Origin: Raja brachyura
Taxonomy: Eukaryota
Length of the DNA stretch: 64,000 nt
Direction: 5' to 3'
NCBI GenBank assembly: GCA_963514005.1
Contig: OY740821.1
Location: forward strand, 15,438,001 to 15,502,000
Part shown: positions 37,001 to 52,000 of the stretch, piece after piece
Position numbering within the stretch: position 1 is the stretch's first letter
Layout: each line of letters begins with the position of its first letter
The notes under the pieces: generated by a model
Database searches by the model: none
What the model was told of the DNA's origin: nothing
The model's input: the letters and a program-made list of their open reading frames with translations, nothing else
Position numbers and translations under genes: made by a program

Positions 37001-40000
37001 ATACCTGCCAGTGCTTATTATAGTTAGACACACATCACCCAGATGAGTAGTCAGAGCCGTACAGCACGGAAACAGGTGCGTCCGTCCGCCTGCCTGCCCA
37101 TCCACGCCATCTTGGCATATTGGAACACTCCCATTTTCTCGCCATTTGGTTCATAGCCCTCTAAACCCTTCCTATTCATATATGTCTATTGAAATATCTT
37201 TTTAAAGTCATAATTGTATCTGCTTCAATAACTTCCTCAGGTGTAAGATGTTCACACTGCAGAGGTACACAAATGTCTATCCAGACACAGCCAGCCTTGT
37301 TTGGTTCATTGACCATCTTCATTTAGCTGACGTTTTCCCAATTTACCTGTTCATCAGCAGGAGGTCGGATTCCGACTTTCTTCAGAAGCTTCTGGAACAC
37401 CTCGTTGTCCATGGCATCTTCGTTTTCCTCAGAGAAGGGGACGAGCGGCACGGCGATCAAGGTCCCTGCAAGCGGTGAAACACAGGGAGACAATACAACC
37501 AGAGGCACAACATGCAACAAGTTACTGGGAAAGAGAGCACGTGCTTGCAGGCAGGCAGGCAGGCAGGCAGGTGCAAGCTCAAGTAAGAGGGCCGTTCTTA
37601 CAATTGACTGTGTGAGATGTGAGAGCTTGTGGATGATTGGATGCTGTGGGTCACTCTACTTACTTGGAAGATTGAGGAGATTTAGTGTGCCGATCAATTT
37701 CTACAAGTGTACGGTAGAGAGCATATGGACTGGTTGATTCACGGGAATTTTAAAACTGTGCTACTGTAGAAATGCAAGTTGTTCTTTGTCTCTGTGCGTG
37801 TTGGTCTGAAATCTGCCAGCATAAACACTGACGGTGCACTCGGCTGGGTTACGATGGGTGTAATAGGTATCTGCCAGGGAGTGTGAACATTTAACACCGC
37901 TTGCTTCAGCTTAGGCAGTGATCTTCGTGGGACACCTACAATTCCCTGGGAATGAAGCTACAGGCTATAAAGAATTGTAAATAAGAGAGGCACTCACCAT
38001 CATCTTCTCGTTTGTCCGCCGTTCTGTTGAGGCAATTCTGCAGCCACAAAAGAGGACCTGCCAGACCTGCATTGCAAAAGTGAAAGCGATAATTTAAAAA
38101 TAATTCAGCTCACGTTATCCACGTCACTGATATCTACACAGATTGAACGTTTCTGCTCCACATTCAAACCAGTTTCAAAACTAAATACTCTCCAACATGT
38201 GATATTGGGAAGGGAGAGAAGCAACAGGATTGGCAGGCATCAATGTGCCGAGACTTTTCCGCAATAGTGGTATCCCAATAAGCACGTAGAATTTCTTCAA
38301 TAAAAATATTGCAGATTCAGTGCCGTGTTATTCTATTAAACGGCAGACAAAGAGCAACAACAAGCTTGAGTGCCTATCAGCTGAGGTGTGCCAATGCCCA
38401 CTTGGATGAAGAATGTCCTTGCATTTAAATCAAACCCAGATTGCACTATACATGTGTTTAAGAAGGAATTGCAGATGCTGGAAAATCGAAGGTAGACATA
38501 AGTGCTGGAGAAACTCAGCGGGTGCAGCAGCATCTATGGAGCGAAGGAAATAGGCAACGTTTCGGGCCGAAACCCTTTGGGTTCCTATGGAGTGAAGGAA
38601 ATAGGCAATGTTTCGGGCCGAAACCCTTTGGGTTTCGGCCCGAAACGTTGCCTATTTCCTTAGATGCTGCTGCACCCGCTGAGTTTCTCCAGCACTTTTG
38701 TCTACCTCCCACTATACATGGTTCTACCCAATAACCCTTCCCTTACTGTCTCCATCCTTTCCACAATCCCACCCTGAGATTAGTTTTGCAAGTCAAATAA
38801 AACCACACTGCCACAAGATGACGTGAATACTTTTTTCTCCCAAACATTTGCACAAAAACAATGGACGCTTGAACTGAACCTTGCTGTTGAAGCTGGCAGC
38901 ACAGGAGTGGAATAGCTGGGTCAGGCTCCCTCATGCCAACCTGGCCTTTTGTGGCATATCTCGGTGTGGATTTGGCGCCGTGCTCTGCCCTCTCGTCCGC
39001 ACTGCCGTCATCTTCGTCCAGCTCGTCCTCGTCCTCCGACGGCCCTTGGCTGGGACCAGACCCCATGTCATCAGCGGAATCCTCGTCCTCCTGAAAGAAC
39101 AATTTACAGACAGAAACCTTTAGAACTCAGGGGGGAAGTCAGCTGCCTTTCAGATACTTTCCTGCCTCCTCTGCCCCCCCCCACCAACCACCAAGGCAAG
39201 CACAGAAGCAGCAACATTCCACCACAAACTCAATGATCTATTTAAAAAACATTTAAAGTGTTGATCTTGGACACAAACACAGAGAAAACAATCCAAGTCT
39301 GTTCAACCGCTCCCTGGAAATGAGGAGCAGAGAGTGGGTGATTTGAACCAACTCCAGCATTGGTTGTGATCATGGCGAATCAACTGGATTCAGTCCTCTC
39401 TTCCAGCATTGTCCTGGACCCCAAGATCACTTTAGCCTTTAGACCGATAGTTAACTCCTTTGAGGATACATTTAATGATTTAGCTTCAGCTGCCTTCTAT
39501 GGTGGACAATTCCACAAGTTCAACACTCTCCCTGACCTCTGCAGCACCACAGAAACACGAGAGTACCTGGCGTTCTCCTTTTGCAAGCTTCCTCCTCTTC
39601 TTGTAGAGTTCCTTTCTGTCGGAAACGAGGCCCATGCTGATCAACTTATCAATGATTCTTGCTCGGGACCGCTTGTAGGTTATTTTTTTCATGATATCAC
39701 CAAGGACATCTTAGGATCAAAAAAGATAACTTTCATCAATTGCATTGGTCCCAGGTTGCAATAGACAAACGATTGGCTGGATAATGAAGGGATCGCTTTA
39801 AAACGTAACTAAGTCATTTGGGCTTGCCACTCTGAAGATTGGTCTCTGTTTTGCATGAATTAACACCTTTCAACATTAGAATCTTATTAATTAGCCATTC
39901 GGAGAAAGATTGGTAGTGGGGAGGGGAAATGGTTCCTGCTTCTCACAAGTCAATACTTTTCAGGGAATCACAAGCAAGCAGATGGAGACACAGAAACGCT

Positions 40001-43000
40001 GGGATCTTGAGCAAAATACAGAGGAATAGGAGGAGCAACTCAGCGGGTCAGGCACCATCTACGGAGCAAATGGACCCTTCTTCAGACTGATTGGAGTTGG
40101 GGGGAGAAAGTTGGAATAGGGAGCTGGGGCAGGACAAAGTCTGGCAAGTGATAGGTGGATAAAGGTGAGGGCGGTTTGATAGGCAGATGGGCAGATAAAT
40201 GACAACGGGTAGAGGTGAAACCGAGACAAAAAGGAGTCAGATAAGGAGAGGAGTGAAATGTAAAGCTGGAGGGAGGGCTTCAGGTGGAAGTGGACAGGGA
40301 GGATAAAACTCAGGGATGGGAGATGAGTGGACGGAGGAGGGGGAAGAGCAGGGTGATTGGGAGGGGTAGGTGAGATTGAGAGGCAGTGGCAGCATGGCAA
40401 AGAGAGAGGGGGAAGGGGAGCGAGCAAATTCATTCCAGCTAACCATAGTCAAAGCAAAACAACGTACCATCAGATGCTCTGAACTCCACAAACAATGTCT
40501 CCAGCTCCATTTCCTGCTCCTCTCTCCAGAGCACGATCTTAGTTCCCTTCCTGAAAAACAACAACAGAAACAAAAACAGTAACTAGACATCACCCACAAG
40601 TTGGTTATAAATGCTTTTCCCATTATAAGCCCTAAATAGACAGACTGAAGAAACTGCTCATGGTCACAGGGGTGATAAAGTGGAGCCGCAGCATCCCTGG
40701 CCATTCACATTGCACAGTTGCAGACCCGGAGTAAATGTACTGTAACATTGCCCATGAGGATGTGATCAAGAGGTTGACGCTGCAACTTGCTGCCATTTGA
40801 CAAATCATCCAGTCTTGTCCCACATATTCCACGCCAGGAAAGGATGCAGCACCAGCAATGACGGGTGTAAACCTTCACTTCACTTCTTCATGATGCTCCA
40901 ACTAGCAAATAAACTACAAAGCCTCATACTAAAGGAAACTGAAGCAACCAAAACTCATCCCTTGACCAAATGACACCAGGTTTGCAGCTTCCATGTTACA
41001 CAAGTACTTACTTGACACGTTTGAGGTCTTTTATACTGTCCACCAGGTTCAGCTGTACAAGTTTCACAGCAATCTGCTTTCTGGTCCTTGTCTCATTTTT
41101 AATGTGTTCCATGATGTTGTCAATGACATCTTTACCTGGGAACGGGAAGAGTGCAATGCAATACACCACCAGACCTGCTTTCCCAACTTACACCAGCATC
41201 CCTCTGAAGCATCGAGAACTTGGCATTGTAAATCCCACATGAGAACATACAACAGGACAGCACAGAAGCTGGCCCTTCGGCCCACAATGTCTGTGCCGAA
41301 CATGATGCCAAGACCAACACTTATCTGCCTGCACGTGATCCATATCCCATCATTCCCTGCATATCCACGCGCCTATCCAAAAGTCCCTTAAACGCCACGA
41401 TCGTATCTTCCTCCACCACCCACCCCCCCGGCCGTACATTCCAGCCACCCACCACCCTCTGTGTAAAAATACCTGCCCCGCACATCGCCTTCAAACTTTG
41501 CCCTTCTCACCGTAAAAAGTTACTTGGAGGGGAAACATTTACAGGGAAATGGTGAAAGAGCAGGGATTGGAAATAGTTGGATTGCTATCAAAGAACTACA
41601 CAGGCAGAATGGGCCAAAATATCTCCCTTCACACACCAAGATTTCATGGCTGCAATTTGAAAGGGAGCATCAAGCTCCTCTTAGGAAGGAGATGAGAGTG
41701 GAGGGGGGGGGGGGGGGGTTGGAGAGGGGAAAGGGGCGGAGAGGGGGAGGGGGAGGGGGCGGAGAGGGGGAGGGGGCGGAGAGGGGGGAGGGGGCGGAGA
41801 GGGGGAGGGGGCGGAGAGGGGGAGGGGGCGGAGAGGGGGGGGGGGCGGAGAGGGGGGAGGGGGCGGAGAGGGGGGGAGGGGGCGGAGAGGGGGGAGGGGG
41901 CGGAGAGGGGGGAGGGGGCGGAGAGGGGGGAGGGGGCGGAGAGGGGGGAGGGGGCGGAGAGGGGGGAGGGGGCGGAGAGGGGGAAGGGGGCGGAGAGGGG
42001 GGAGGGGGCGGAGAGGGGGGAGGGGGCGGAGGGGGGGAGGGGGGGAGGGGGCGGAGAGGGGGAGGGGGCGGAGAGGGGGGAGGGGGCGGAGAGGGGGGAG
42101 GGGGCGGAGAGGGGGAGGGGGCGGAGAGGGGGAGGGGGCGGAGAGGGGGGAGGGGGCGGAGAGGGGGGGAGGGGGCGGAGAGGGGGGAGGGGGCGGAGAG
42201 GGGGAAGGGGGCGGAGAGGGGGAAGGGGGCGGAGAGGGGGAGGGGGCGGAGAGGGGGGAGGGGGCGGAGAGGGGGGAGGGGGGCGGAGAGGGGGGAGGGG
42301 CGGAGAGGGGGGAGGGGGCGGAGGGGGCGGAGAGGGGGGAGGGGGCGGAGAGGGGGGAGGGGGCGGAGAGGGGGAAGGGGGCGGAGAGGGGGGAGGGGGC
42401 GGAGAGGGGGGAGGGGGCGAGGGGGCGGAGAGGGGGAGGGGGCGGAGAGGGGGGAGGGGGCGGAGAGGGGGGAGGGGGCGGAGAGGGGGAAGGGGGGGAG
42501 GGGGCGGAGAGGGGGAGGGGGCGGAGAGGGGGGAGGGGGCGGAGAGGGGGAGGGGGCGGAGAGGGGGAGGGGGCGGAGAGGGGGGAGGGGGCGGAGAGGG
42601 GGGAGGGGGCGGAGAGGGGGGAGGGGGCGGAGAGGGGGAAGGGGGCGGAGAGGGGGGAAGGGGGCGGAGAGGGGGGAGGGGGCAGAGAGGGGGGAGGGGG
42701 CGGAGAGGGGGGAGGGGGCGGAGAGGGGGGAGGGGGCGGAGAGGGGGAAGAGAAGTGAACAGTACATTTGATTTAGGACATATTCAGAAATAACCCCAAA
42801 CAGAACACAAACCTCCGTCTTCCTCTTTGAACTGTAGGTACAATGTTTCAAGCTCCTGCTCTTCCTCTGGTGACCAACTTGGAATCCTATGATTCGGCCC
42901 ACTGCAAAAAACCCCATGAAACATTCATGACCACATACGCAAGGGACTGCTATTGTGACACCATCATCTTCCACGCTATTAGCAGAAGCTTTGCACCACT

Positions 43001-46000
43001 GGGTTGGTCAGTATGCACAAACCTGAAGCAGTGATAGTAAACAAGTAAACATTCCTTGAATGATAGATCGGGGAACTGGGGCAGAGAAGGAGATGAGATG
43101 GATCAGCCGCAATCATATTGAATAGTGGGGCAGGCTTGAGTGGACTGCTGCTGCTCCTATAGTCTTGTGTTCAAACAAGTCACATTTCAGGTCCACACAG
43201 GCTATGACAGGGTTCAGACATCCATCTAAGGATCATTATTACTATCAAAGCAGCAACAACACGCAGCATCAATGTCTTCAGAATGATTGTTTTAAAGTCC
43301 CACAATCTCCCAAGCTTCTTGTTCAAAGCACTTGCCTGTCCTCGTCTGTCCTGTAACCCTCCGTCATTTCTCGAATGTTTGCAATATTTTTCCAGAACAG
43401 CAACTCCACAAAGGCCTTGCTGTTGCTGGCAGCTAAAGTGAAGAAACGGCTTAAGACATATCTGGAGAACTTCACCAGCTCCTGTTGTGAAAACAGAACA
43501 GAGATTCAAATACTAAGCAAGCATCGAGCTGCTGCAATTGATGGAAGAACAGAATGTGCTGCAAGGCCATGATTGGGCGGCACAGTGGCACAGCTGTTAC
43601 AGCGCCAGAGACCCAGGTTCCATCCTGGCCTCGGGTGCTGTCTGTGTGGAGTTTGCACATTCTCGCTGTGACCGTGTGAGTTTCCTCATTGTGCTCCGGT
43701 TTCCTCCCACATCCCACAGACGTGCAGGTTTGTAGGTTAATTGCCTCCCTAGTGCGTAGGGAGTGGATGAGAAAGTGGGATAACATAGAACTAGTGAACG
43801 AGTGGTTGATGGTTGGTGCGGACTCGTGGGCCGAAGGGCCTGTTTCTGCGCTGTATCTCTAAACTATAATTCTGGATGAAGCTGGCAGTAATGAGAGCGG
43901 AGGCCAAGAGTCAGGTCTAAAGATGACTGGGAATTGCAGGTCTGTGGATGCCAGGTAAGTGGAGGAGCAGGCTTTGGTGGGACCTCCCTGACATGAGAAT
44001 TTAGTCAAGTGAAGAAAGGTGATGGTGGAGGCAGAAAGTGAGAATGGCACCGTTGTTCCACGTAGCTTCTCAGTGCAAGAGCCACTAAATGACAAAGCAT
44101 GCGAGACTGATGCAAGAGAAATATCATCAGCTTGGGATGATTAACAACCAAGACAAATTGATACATTTATTTCATTTCAATAAACCAGTACAGTACAGAG
44201 CACACAGAACCACAACTGAATGCCCGGAAAACAATTTCAAATGTGTTGTGAAGGACTCCCCTGACATCGAATACAAAGTTTATTTGTCTGGCAACAGACT
44301 CTCATACAAACTTACAACACTTGGTCTGTCGCTTTCCATGCCTTAGTAATTCGAGAACTCTCCTCGATAATTCTGAAATATTGATTCTCTGCCTCCACCA
44401 CCCCCTCAGGCGGTGCGTCGCAGATTCCAACCACCCTTTGGAGGGGGTCACCAAACCCTCAATTCTGTCCCAGTGTACGAGCTCATTCAAGAGCTCTTCC
44501 AAGTTTTAAAAAAATCTAACTCGTGGTAAGAACGTAGAATGTACGTAGTGGATACATCGGAGCTCGGGGACGTCTCTTAGCGGCTCGTAACGCTAATGGG
44601 AAACGCGGTAAGACTCATGAAGATTTTTCAACATGTTGAAAAATGTCCACAAGAGCCCCGAATACCTACGAGCGGCCATTACCTTAATTCTCCGAGTTCG
44701 AATCAGGGGAAACTCGGGAGAATTCTTGAATTAGCTTGTACAGTGGGACAAACCATAACTCTCCTACCTCTCACCTTAAACCTATGCCTTCTGATTATGG
44801 CCACATTGCTGAAGGGAAAGGTGTCCTACCATCCACACTATCTATGCCCCTCATATTTTTGTACACCTGTATCAGGATGCCACCAGCCTTCTCTGCACCC
44901 TCCCTAGTGAATCACATCTCTCCCAAGGTGTTGTGGCCAGACGTGTATACAGTGTGGCCCAGCCAACCTTTTATACAGCTCCACCCTGCTCCATGTTCTA
45001 TGTAGCAGCTAGCTAGCTAGCTAAGCCACTTTATCTACCTGTGCTGCTGCCTTCAGCGATCCATGGACACCTACCCCAAGCTCCGGAATATTTCCTCAGG
45101 CCCCCTCTGCTGTGTGTGTCCTAGCTTTATTAAACCCATCAAAGATGAATCTTCACAATTTTCAGGATTAAATTCCATCTGCCATTTTTCTGCCCATCTT
45201 ACCAATATCCATCTACTGTTTCTCAACAACAGTAGCAAACATTGTGTCACCTGCAAAGTTACCTGTTCCATGACCATGTTGCAACCTACCTGGTATGCAC
45301 CAGTAGCCGGGTCCTCCAGAATGTGACTGAATACGTGGAATACCGAAAGTTGATAAAGAAGGGTGTCCATTTTCAAGTCATATGCTACACGATAGAGCAT
45401 CTTCACAATGCAATGGTTGGTATGAGCATCGTTCTGCCGGTAGTCCTTTAGCAGGAGAACATAGGGCTTCACAACGCCCGCATTAGCAAACCTAAACCAA
45501 ACAGATGGAAGGATGGCGAGGAAAAGAAAAGTGAGTGAACTGGATGCAGGTTTACTATTCTTCTCAAAATTAAGCTAGCTGTAGTGAATACTCGCACTTT
45601 GGGCAGCATCTTTAGTGAGTTAATATTTCACGTTGATAACCTTTCATTAGAACTAGCCATCGACCTAAAACATCAACTCTGCTTCCCCGCCACAGATACT
45701 GCCATTCCCTGCTCAGTAGTTTTCTCATCTTCTTTTATTTCCAGTATTTATGGTGCTTTGTTTTTGAAGACTGTCCTTAAAGGTCGCCTGTGATTCCGAG
45801 CCAACTTGTCGATAGGTTTTGCGCTGTGGGTCACATCAGTCAGAAAAGTGCATTGGGACTGACAAAGCTTTAACTCTAGTTTAGAGATACAGCATGGAAA
45901 CAGGCCCTTTGGCCCATCGAGTCCATGCTGATCACACTAATTCTATGTTATTCCACTTTCTCATCCCTACACACCAGGGTGCAATTTACTGAGGGCCAAT

Positions 46001-49000
46001 TAACCTGCAAAAACCTGCACATTTTTGGGATGTGATAGGAAACCAGAGCACCCGGAGAAAACCCACACGGTCACAGGGAGAACGTGCAAACTCCACACTG
46101 ACGGTCAGGATGGAACCCAGGTCTTTGGCGCTGTGAGGCAGCGACTCTACCAGCACACAAACAGCTAATAGGTAGAGGCCTTTACTTCAAACAGTCCAAC
46201 CCAATTCACATCAGTGCCCCAAAAGTGAAGGTGTCCTCACCCTGGAACACTGCCACCTTATTATTATTTTTAATTTGCTGTACATTGACCATTGCAAATG
46301 CGTTAGGTAATTGTGCAAAAGCGACGTAAATAATCTTTACTTGGAAAACAATCATTCTTAAAACGTTTTACCTTTTCAGATAATCAAAAAGATTAAATTC
46401 GCTTTCTGTCACTCTCACAGATTCTGTTTCTTCCTCTTCTATTTCTTCATCTCCAAATTCTTCTGTCTCTTCGACTTCAACAGCCGGTTGCCCTGTGGAA
46501 TGAACCAGAGCGTTGGATTCAAATACAGCTCCAAGACAATGTTGAAAAGAGTGAAACGATGGCAGCTAAAACACTTACTTGGTAAATTTGCAAACAGTAT
46601 TTGTTTGAGCAATTCGGACTCATCTGTAAGCAATATGTTGGAAGACCCAAACACATCGTCTTCAGGCCACACTTCCCTGAGGAAATAAGCACGAGATGAA
46701 CAATCAATGTACAGTGCCTTTAAGGATCTCACCAGACATCTGAGACCCAAATCAGACGGGCAAATTAGTGAAAAATATGGGCAATTTGAATTGGGAATAA
46801 GATTGCTCAAACTCATTTTACACACATGCCACATACAGCCATCTGCCTAGAGTCCAAACAAAATCTCGTACAAGAAAGAAAGAAATAAGCCCTGCTGTAG
46901 TAACATCATCCACGCACCACCAACGCCTTTCTCTTAATGTTGTTCATATTCATATTTTAATCTAACTCTCACATACAAAGGATTTGCTCGGCACTGCAAT
47001 TAGTGCCATAATGTGGTATTCATCATATTAGACAACTTCTTTAGTCCTTAACTCTCCAACGTCTGCAATTCTCTTCCACATCTCCAGTTTAAACTCACTC
47101 CACCACTGACGGCTGTGCCTTCAGCATCTTACACTAGGCTGAGCAATTCTTTCTCCAAACCTCCTTTAAGACTTTCTTTAAAACTATCTGACTTTTGCTC
47201 ACTTGCCCCTAAAAGCTCAAGGATTGCCAGCAACAGATGATTTAAGTGCACCAAGGGTGTTATACTAGGAGCAGATCCTGCACCTATTTCCTTGGCTGGG
47301 GCATCGGGTCAGGTGATAAAAATACCCAAATGCCTCATGAGTAATCGTAAGACAAAAGAAACCACATTTGTGAGGTCAACTCAACGTCAAGCACCATTTC
47401 ATAACAAGCCAGAGCTTCAAAGGCCACAAATAGTTACCGTGCGGCTCGGAGAAGCACGAGGGCCTCTGCAGTTTTACTGGCTAGCATAGCATCCTGGATA
47501 CGAATCATCGCTTCAGCCCTCTGCTCCTCCACAGGGATTTCTGAAGCAGCATCAAATGGAACCAGATCCTCCGGTAGAAGCTCTTGACCCTGGAAAGCAA
47601 ACGTCAGCTCAGTAAGTCATGACTCAGACACAGTTGTCGATGTGGGGGGGAGGAGGAGAATAAGTACAGCTTCGGTTGTGGGGACATTTACTCCAATCAT
47701 ACAGGATCCTAACTCCATGGTCAATAACCTTTATTGTCCTTCCCCCCCCCCCCCCCCCTCCCCTGTTTCAGTGCCAGTGCAAAGGCAAATCTGTGCCGAT
47801 GCTTCCGTGCAGAATTAAGGGAGTGGGAGAATGTCGGCTTTCAGATGGGACATGAGTATAAGGAAGAAAAACAATGCCTGCAACATCATTTCCCAGTACA
47901 GATTGAGCCTTTCAGGGCAGAAAGCCAATTTAAAAAATATTTTTTTTAAATTAGAAGCATACATAATAATCACGGTATATAATATAATACATTGCATGTA
48001 AAACTTCTTTATTTTTTATTTTTGGATAGAAAAGAAAGAAAAAAGAGAAACTTGAGGATAGTAGTGATGTGTAGGGCGCAATAATTGACGGTTAGTGATT
48101 GATAATTCGATAAATAGACTGCGTCCTTAGAAGTATTTTTTAAAAAAGCCCAGAAAATAAAAGGGCCTTAAGAAAAGAAAGGAAATAAGAAGAAAATGCA
48201 AAAAAAGATAGACTAAAGAGAAAAGAAAGGGAATGTGCCTAATCCGTAACGTTACACACCCCTCACCTAGTTCTAAAACGGTTACTTTCCAGGGTTATGT
48301 TGCACCATATTACACTTGTAATAAATCAATGAAAGACGACGATATCTTAATGAATTGTTCTGATGTTCCTGCTGGACCAAGTCTCATTTCCTCGGGATGT
48401 AATATTTCCGACATATTTGTAATCCACATTTTAAACGTTGGGATAGGTGCGTTTTTCCAGAATTTAAGTATAAGTTTTTTTTGCCGTTATCAAACCATAG
48501 TTGAGGAAACATCTTTGAAATGACGTTAGCTCAGAACAGGCTTCCATTGCTCCGAAAATCATCCATTCTGTGTTTGGGTCCAGTCTTGTTTTTAATAGTT
48601 TTGAAAAGGCTTGACAAATGTCCTTCCAAAATTATTTCTGAAGTTTTACACAGGAGGCAAATGAAAGTGCTATTGCTGCTTCTTGTGTTAGACACTTATC
48701 ACAGATGGGAGAGACGTTTGGAAAGGTTTTATTTAGTTTAGTTTTCGAGTAATATAATCTACGTACAATTTTAAATTGAATCAGGGTGTGTCTGACATTA
48801 ATCGAACATTTGTGTACATATAACCTTCCCGTCTGTGCTTAGGGATTTCTATAGCCAGTTCTTGTTCCCACTCTTATCTTATACCCTCTGTAGAAGGTAT
48901 ATCTATATTTAAAATAGTATTATAGAAATATGATGTTAAATGTTCCAATTCTGTCCATTCATGCCTTGCTCTAGTGGATCCAACGTCAAGTTTTGATAAT

Positions 49001-52000
49001 CTTGTGAATATTTTTTCAGATAATCTCAGATTTGCAGATATCTAAAATATTGGTTACTTTCCAAATTGTATTTCAGCTGTAATTCTTGAAATGTTAACAT
49101 TTTTCCCATTTCATACATATCTTCCCAAGTCTTAATTCCTAATCGTTCCCAGTGAGTAAACGTTTTGTCAATAGTCGATGGCTTAAACGACGGATTATTA
49201 ACTATCGGTGAAAGAAGCGAAAAGTTTCTGAATTTAAGAGTGGATTTTATTTGTCTCCAGATTCGTATTGAGCCAATTTTAAGAAGCATTAATTTTGGAA
49301 TTATGAGTGGAGAAAGATTGCAACTCTGGACAAATGGAAAGAACTATTCTTCAGCAACACCGATCATTAGGAATACCGGTAACTATCCGAGCTTCCCCTT
49401 CTATCAGGCACGTACCTCTGCACATCTGCCAAGTTGCTCCAATGCCGTTTTCCAGATTTCCTCGAGTTCTTCCTGGGATTTTTCTGATGAGGCAGATGCA
49501 GACTGCTTTGATTTACGTTTCTTCTTTTTCAGTTTCTTTCTCTGTTTCAATAAGTGGGGAAATATTGAAACGCCGGCGGCATGAGACACCAAAGTCAATT
49601 ACTTACAATGCCTTCCCGACCTTGCCCTGATCTATCAAGTTCAAGTTGAAGTTGACATTTATTGTCACATGCACCAATTGGTACAGTGATATTTGAATAT
49701 ATATGAATATAATAAGAACACCATACACAACAGAATTTAACATAAACATCCACCTCCCCCAGTCCCCAGGTCTCTGCACTCCTCCAATTCTGACCTCTCA
49801 GTCATTCTATCACTTTGTTATTGTTCACTATACCTTCAGGACGGCGAGTTCCCTCCCTACCCCTCCCCGCTTCTCTCTCCTCATTCAGCTACAAGACCCT
49901 GTGATCTAGAAGTCCCTCCCTAAACCACCCCCCTCTCTCTCTTCCTTCAGTTGCCCGGACCCTGTGATCTAGAAATCCCTCCCTGTACCTACACACACCT
50001 CTCTCTCCTCTTTTAAGATGCTTGTCAACATCTTCTTCTTTGACCAGCCTTAATAGCTCACAAGCTGGCTGCCATATGCTTGTGCACAACCAGAACCTGA
50101 ATCTTTGGGAAAAGAACAAATACCTAGCTTGCTCGGAAGTCGAGCCTAGATTTGTTTTGTTAAACTGATGGCTGTAATATGGAAGCACAAGGTGTAACTT
50201 GGACACAAACATTACCTGCACAAAGAGGTTTGTTTTTCCTTTGCAGAATTTCTCAATCATCCGGATGAAAAGGTGAGTGGTTTCAACGAGATCTTTCAAA
50301 AATGACTTGGGCTGCTTGCTTGGATCAAACTTCCGGAATAACATCAAGAACAACTCCCGGAACTCCATAACATAGAAGATATTACCTGAAAAGGCAAAAG
50401 TAACAATGTCTAATCACAAGAAGCATGTGATGACAGACATGCACAGATCCCAGTAGCGGCGTCATTAACACTCTTCAAAGGAAGCTCTCACTACAAAGTG
50501 GAAGATGATGATAGATCAATACTGGGACTGAAGGCAGGTGGAGGAGCAGGTCTGCAACAAATGCTCATTTCAAAACCATACAAGGCCAGGGAACAAAAAC
50601 ATGATTGCTTTTTTGCAGGTTTTCAGGTCACTTGCACTTACATTTAGTTTGGTTTCTTGCTTATTTCATGAAAAATCTTACATTTGATAACTCTGGCACT
50701 CTCTCGCAGATTTCCATCTTTGGAGTGGTCTATTTCATTCAGGGTGCTGAGCAGCTCTTGATAAGCTTTCAGGGCTAGATGCATTCTGAAAGAGAAGTCT
50801 TGTTTTAGCTGCTGTACAACATGCCATTGTTTTCTTATTGGTTATTAGACAACATGCAATTACTAGAAGGTGATGATACAGTCAGGAAAAACACATACTG
50901 TCGAGCTAAAATTATAAGCCAATGCTATCCCAGTCAGTACATGGCCTGTCCAGTTCAACTGAGCTAGAGAACCAAGAAGACAATACATTCCATCACAGTG
51001 GTGCAGCGGGTAGAGCTGCTGCCTCACAGCTCCACAGACCTGGGTTCAATCCTGACCTCAGGTGCTGTCTGTACCCAGTTTTTACATTCTCCCTGAGATC
51101 GTGTGGTTTCCTCCCACATCCCAAAGACGTGCGTTGTAGGTTAAATGGCCTCTGTAGATTGCCACCAGTGTATAGGCAATGGATGCGAAAATAGGGTAAG
51201 ATAGAACTAGTGTGAATGGGTGATCAATGCTTGGCGTGGAATCAGTGGGCTGAAGGGCCTGTTTCCATGCTATATCTTTCAATCAGTCCAGTCGATGCTG
51301 AATTAAACAACTTTAGGACAATGTAGACAGAAGACACTGCAGATGCCGGTTTACAAAAAGGACACAAGGTGCTGGAGTAACTCAGTGGGTCAGGCAGCAT
51401 CTCTGAAAAACATGGATAGTTGGCGTTTCAGTCTGAAGAAGGATCCTGATCCTTCGCCTGTCCATGCTGCCTCAAGATGCTGCCTGACCCGCTGAGTTAC
51501 TCCAGCACTTCATGTCAACATCCAGATAATACTCAGAGGTCAGCAAGGCCACAGAACAATCCGAGTTTAAGAGAGAGAATCAGTGAGTGCCCACTTGGTA
51601 CTGCACTAGAGATCAGAAAGCATCTGTTGGACTGCAACTCAGGAACATTTAATGAAAGGGGAATAAAACCAGGGAAGTAAATGAAACACATATGATAAAT
51701 ACATGTCAAGTGGAATCCAAAGAGAGCATAATATATCTGAGCACATCAATCCTCAACCAAGAGCAATAGAAATAATTGGTCAACCCATGACTTCGCCCTG
51801 TGTAATTAGCTTGCCGTACCGTCTTGACCAAGAACTGGCTGCTGCCTTGTCGGTCAGCATCATCTCGTAGTAGTTGGTGACATTTCGCTCCACAAAGTGA
51901 AACACTCGAATGCTGACCGTCTCTGATACCAGCTCAGGGCGGAACCTGTACACCCTGTTGAACTTCATGAAGAAGGGCATGGCCCACAGGTAGTACGTCT

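Noticed and set aside
41524-42974. 415-aa Gly/Arg-rich and 434-aa Pro-rich ORFs
   Set aside because: Stop-free translations of the G-rich minisatellite within a TIMELESS intron.
49835-50010. Short duplication ccctgtgatctagaa(g/a)tccctccct
   Set aside because: Local two-copy slippage repeat with no sign of function.
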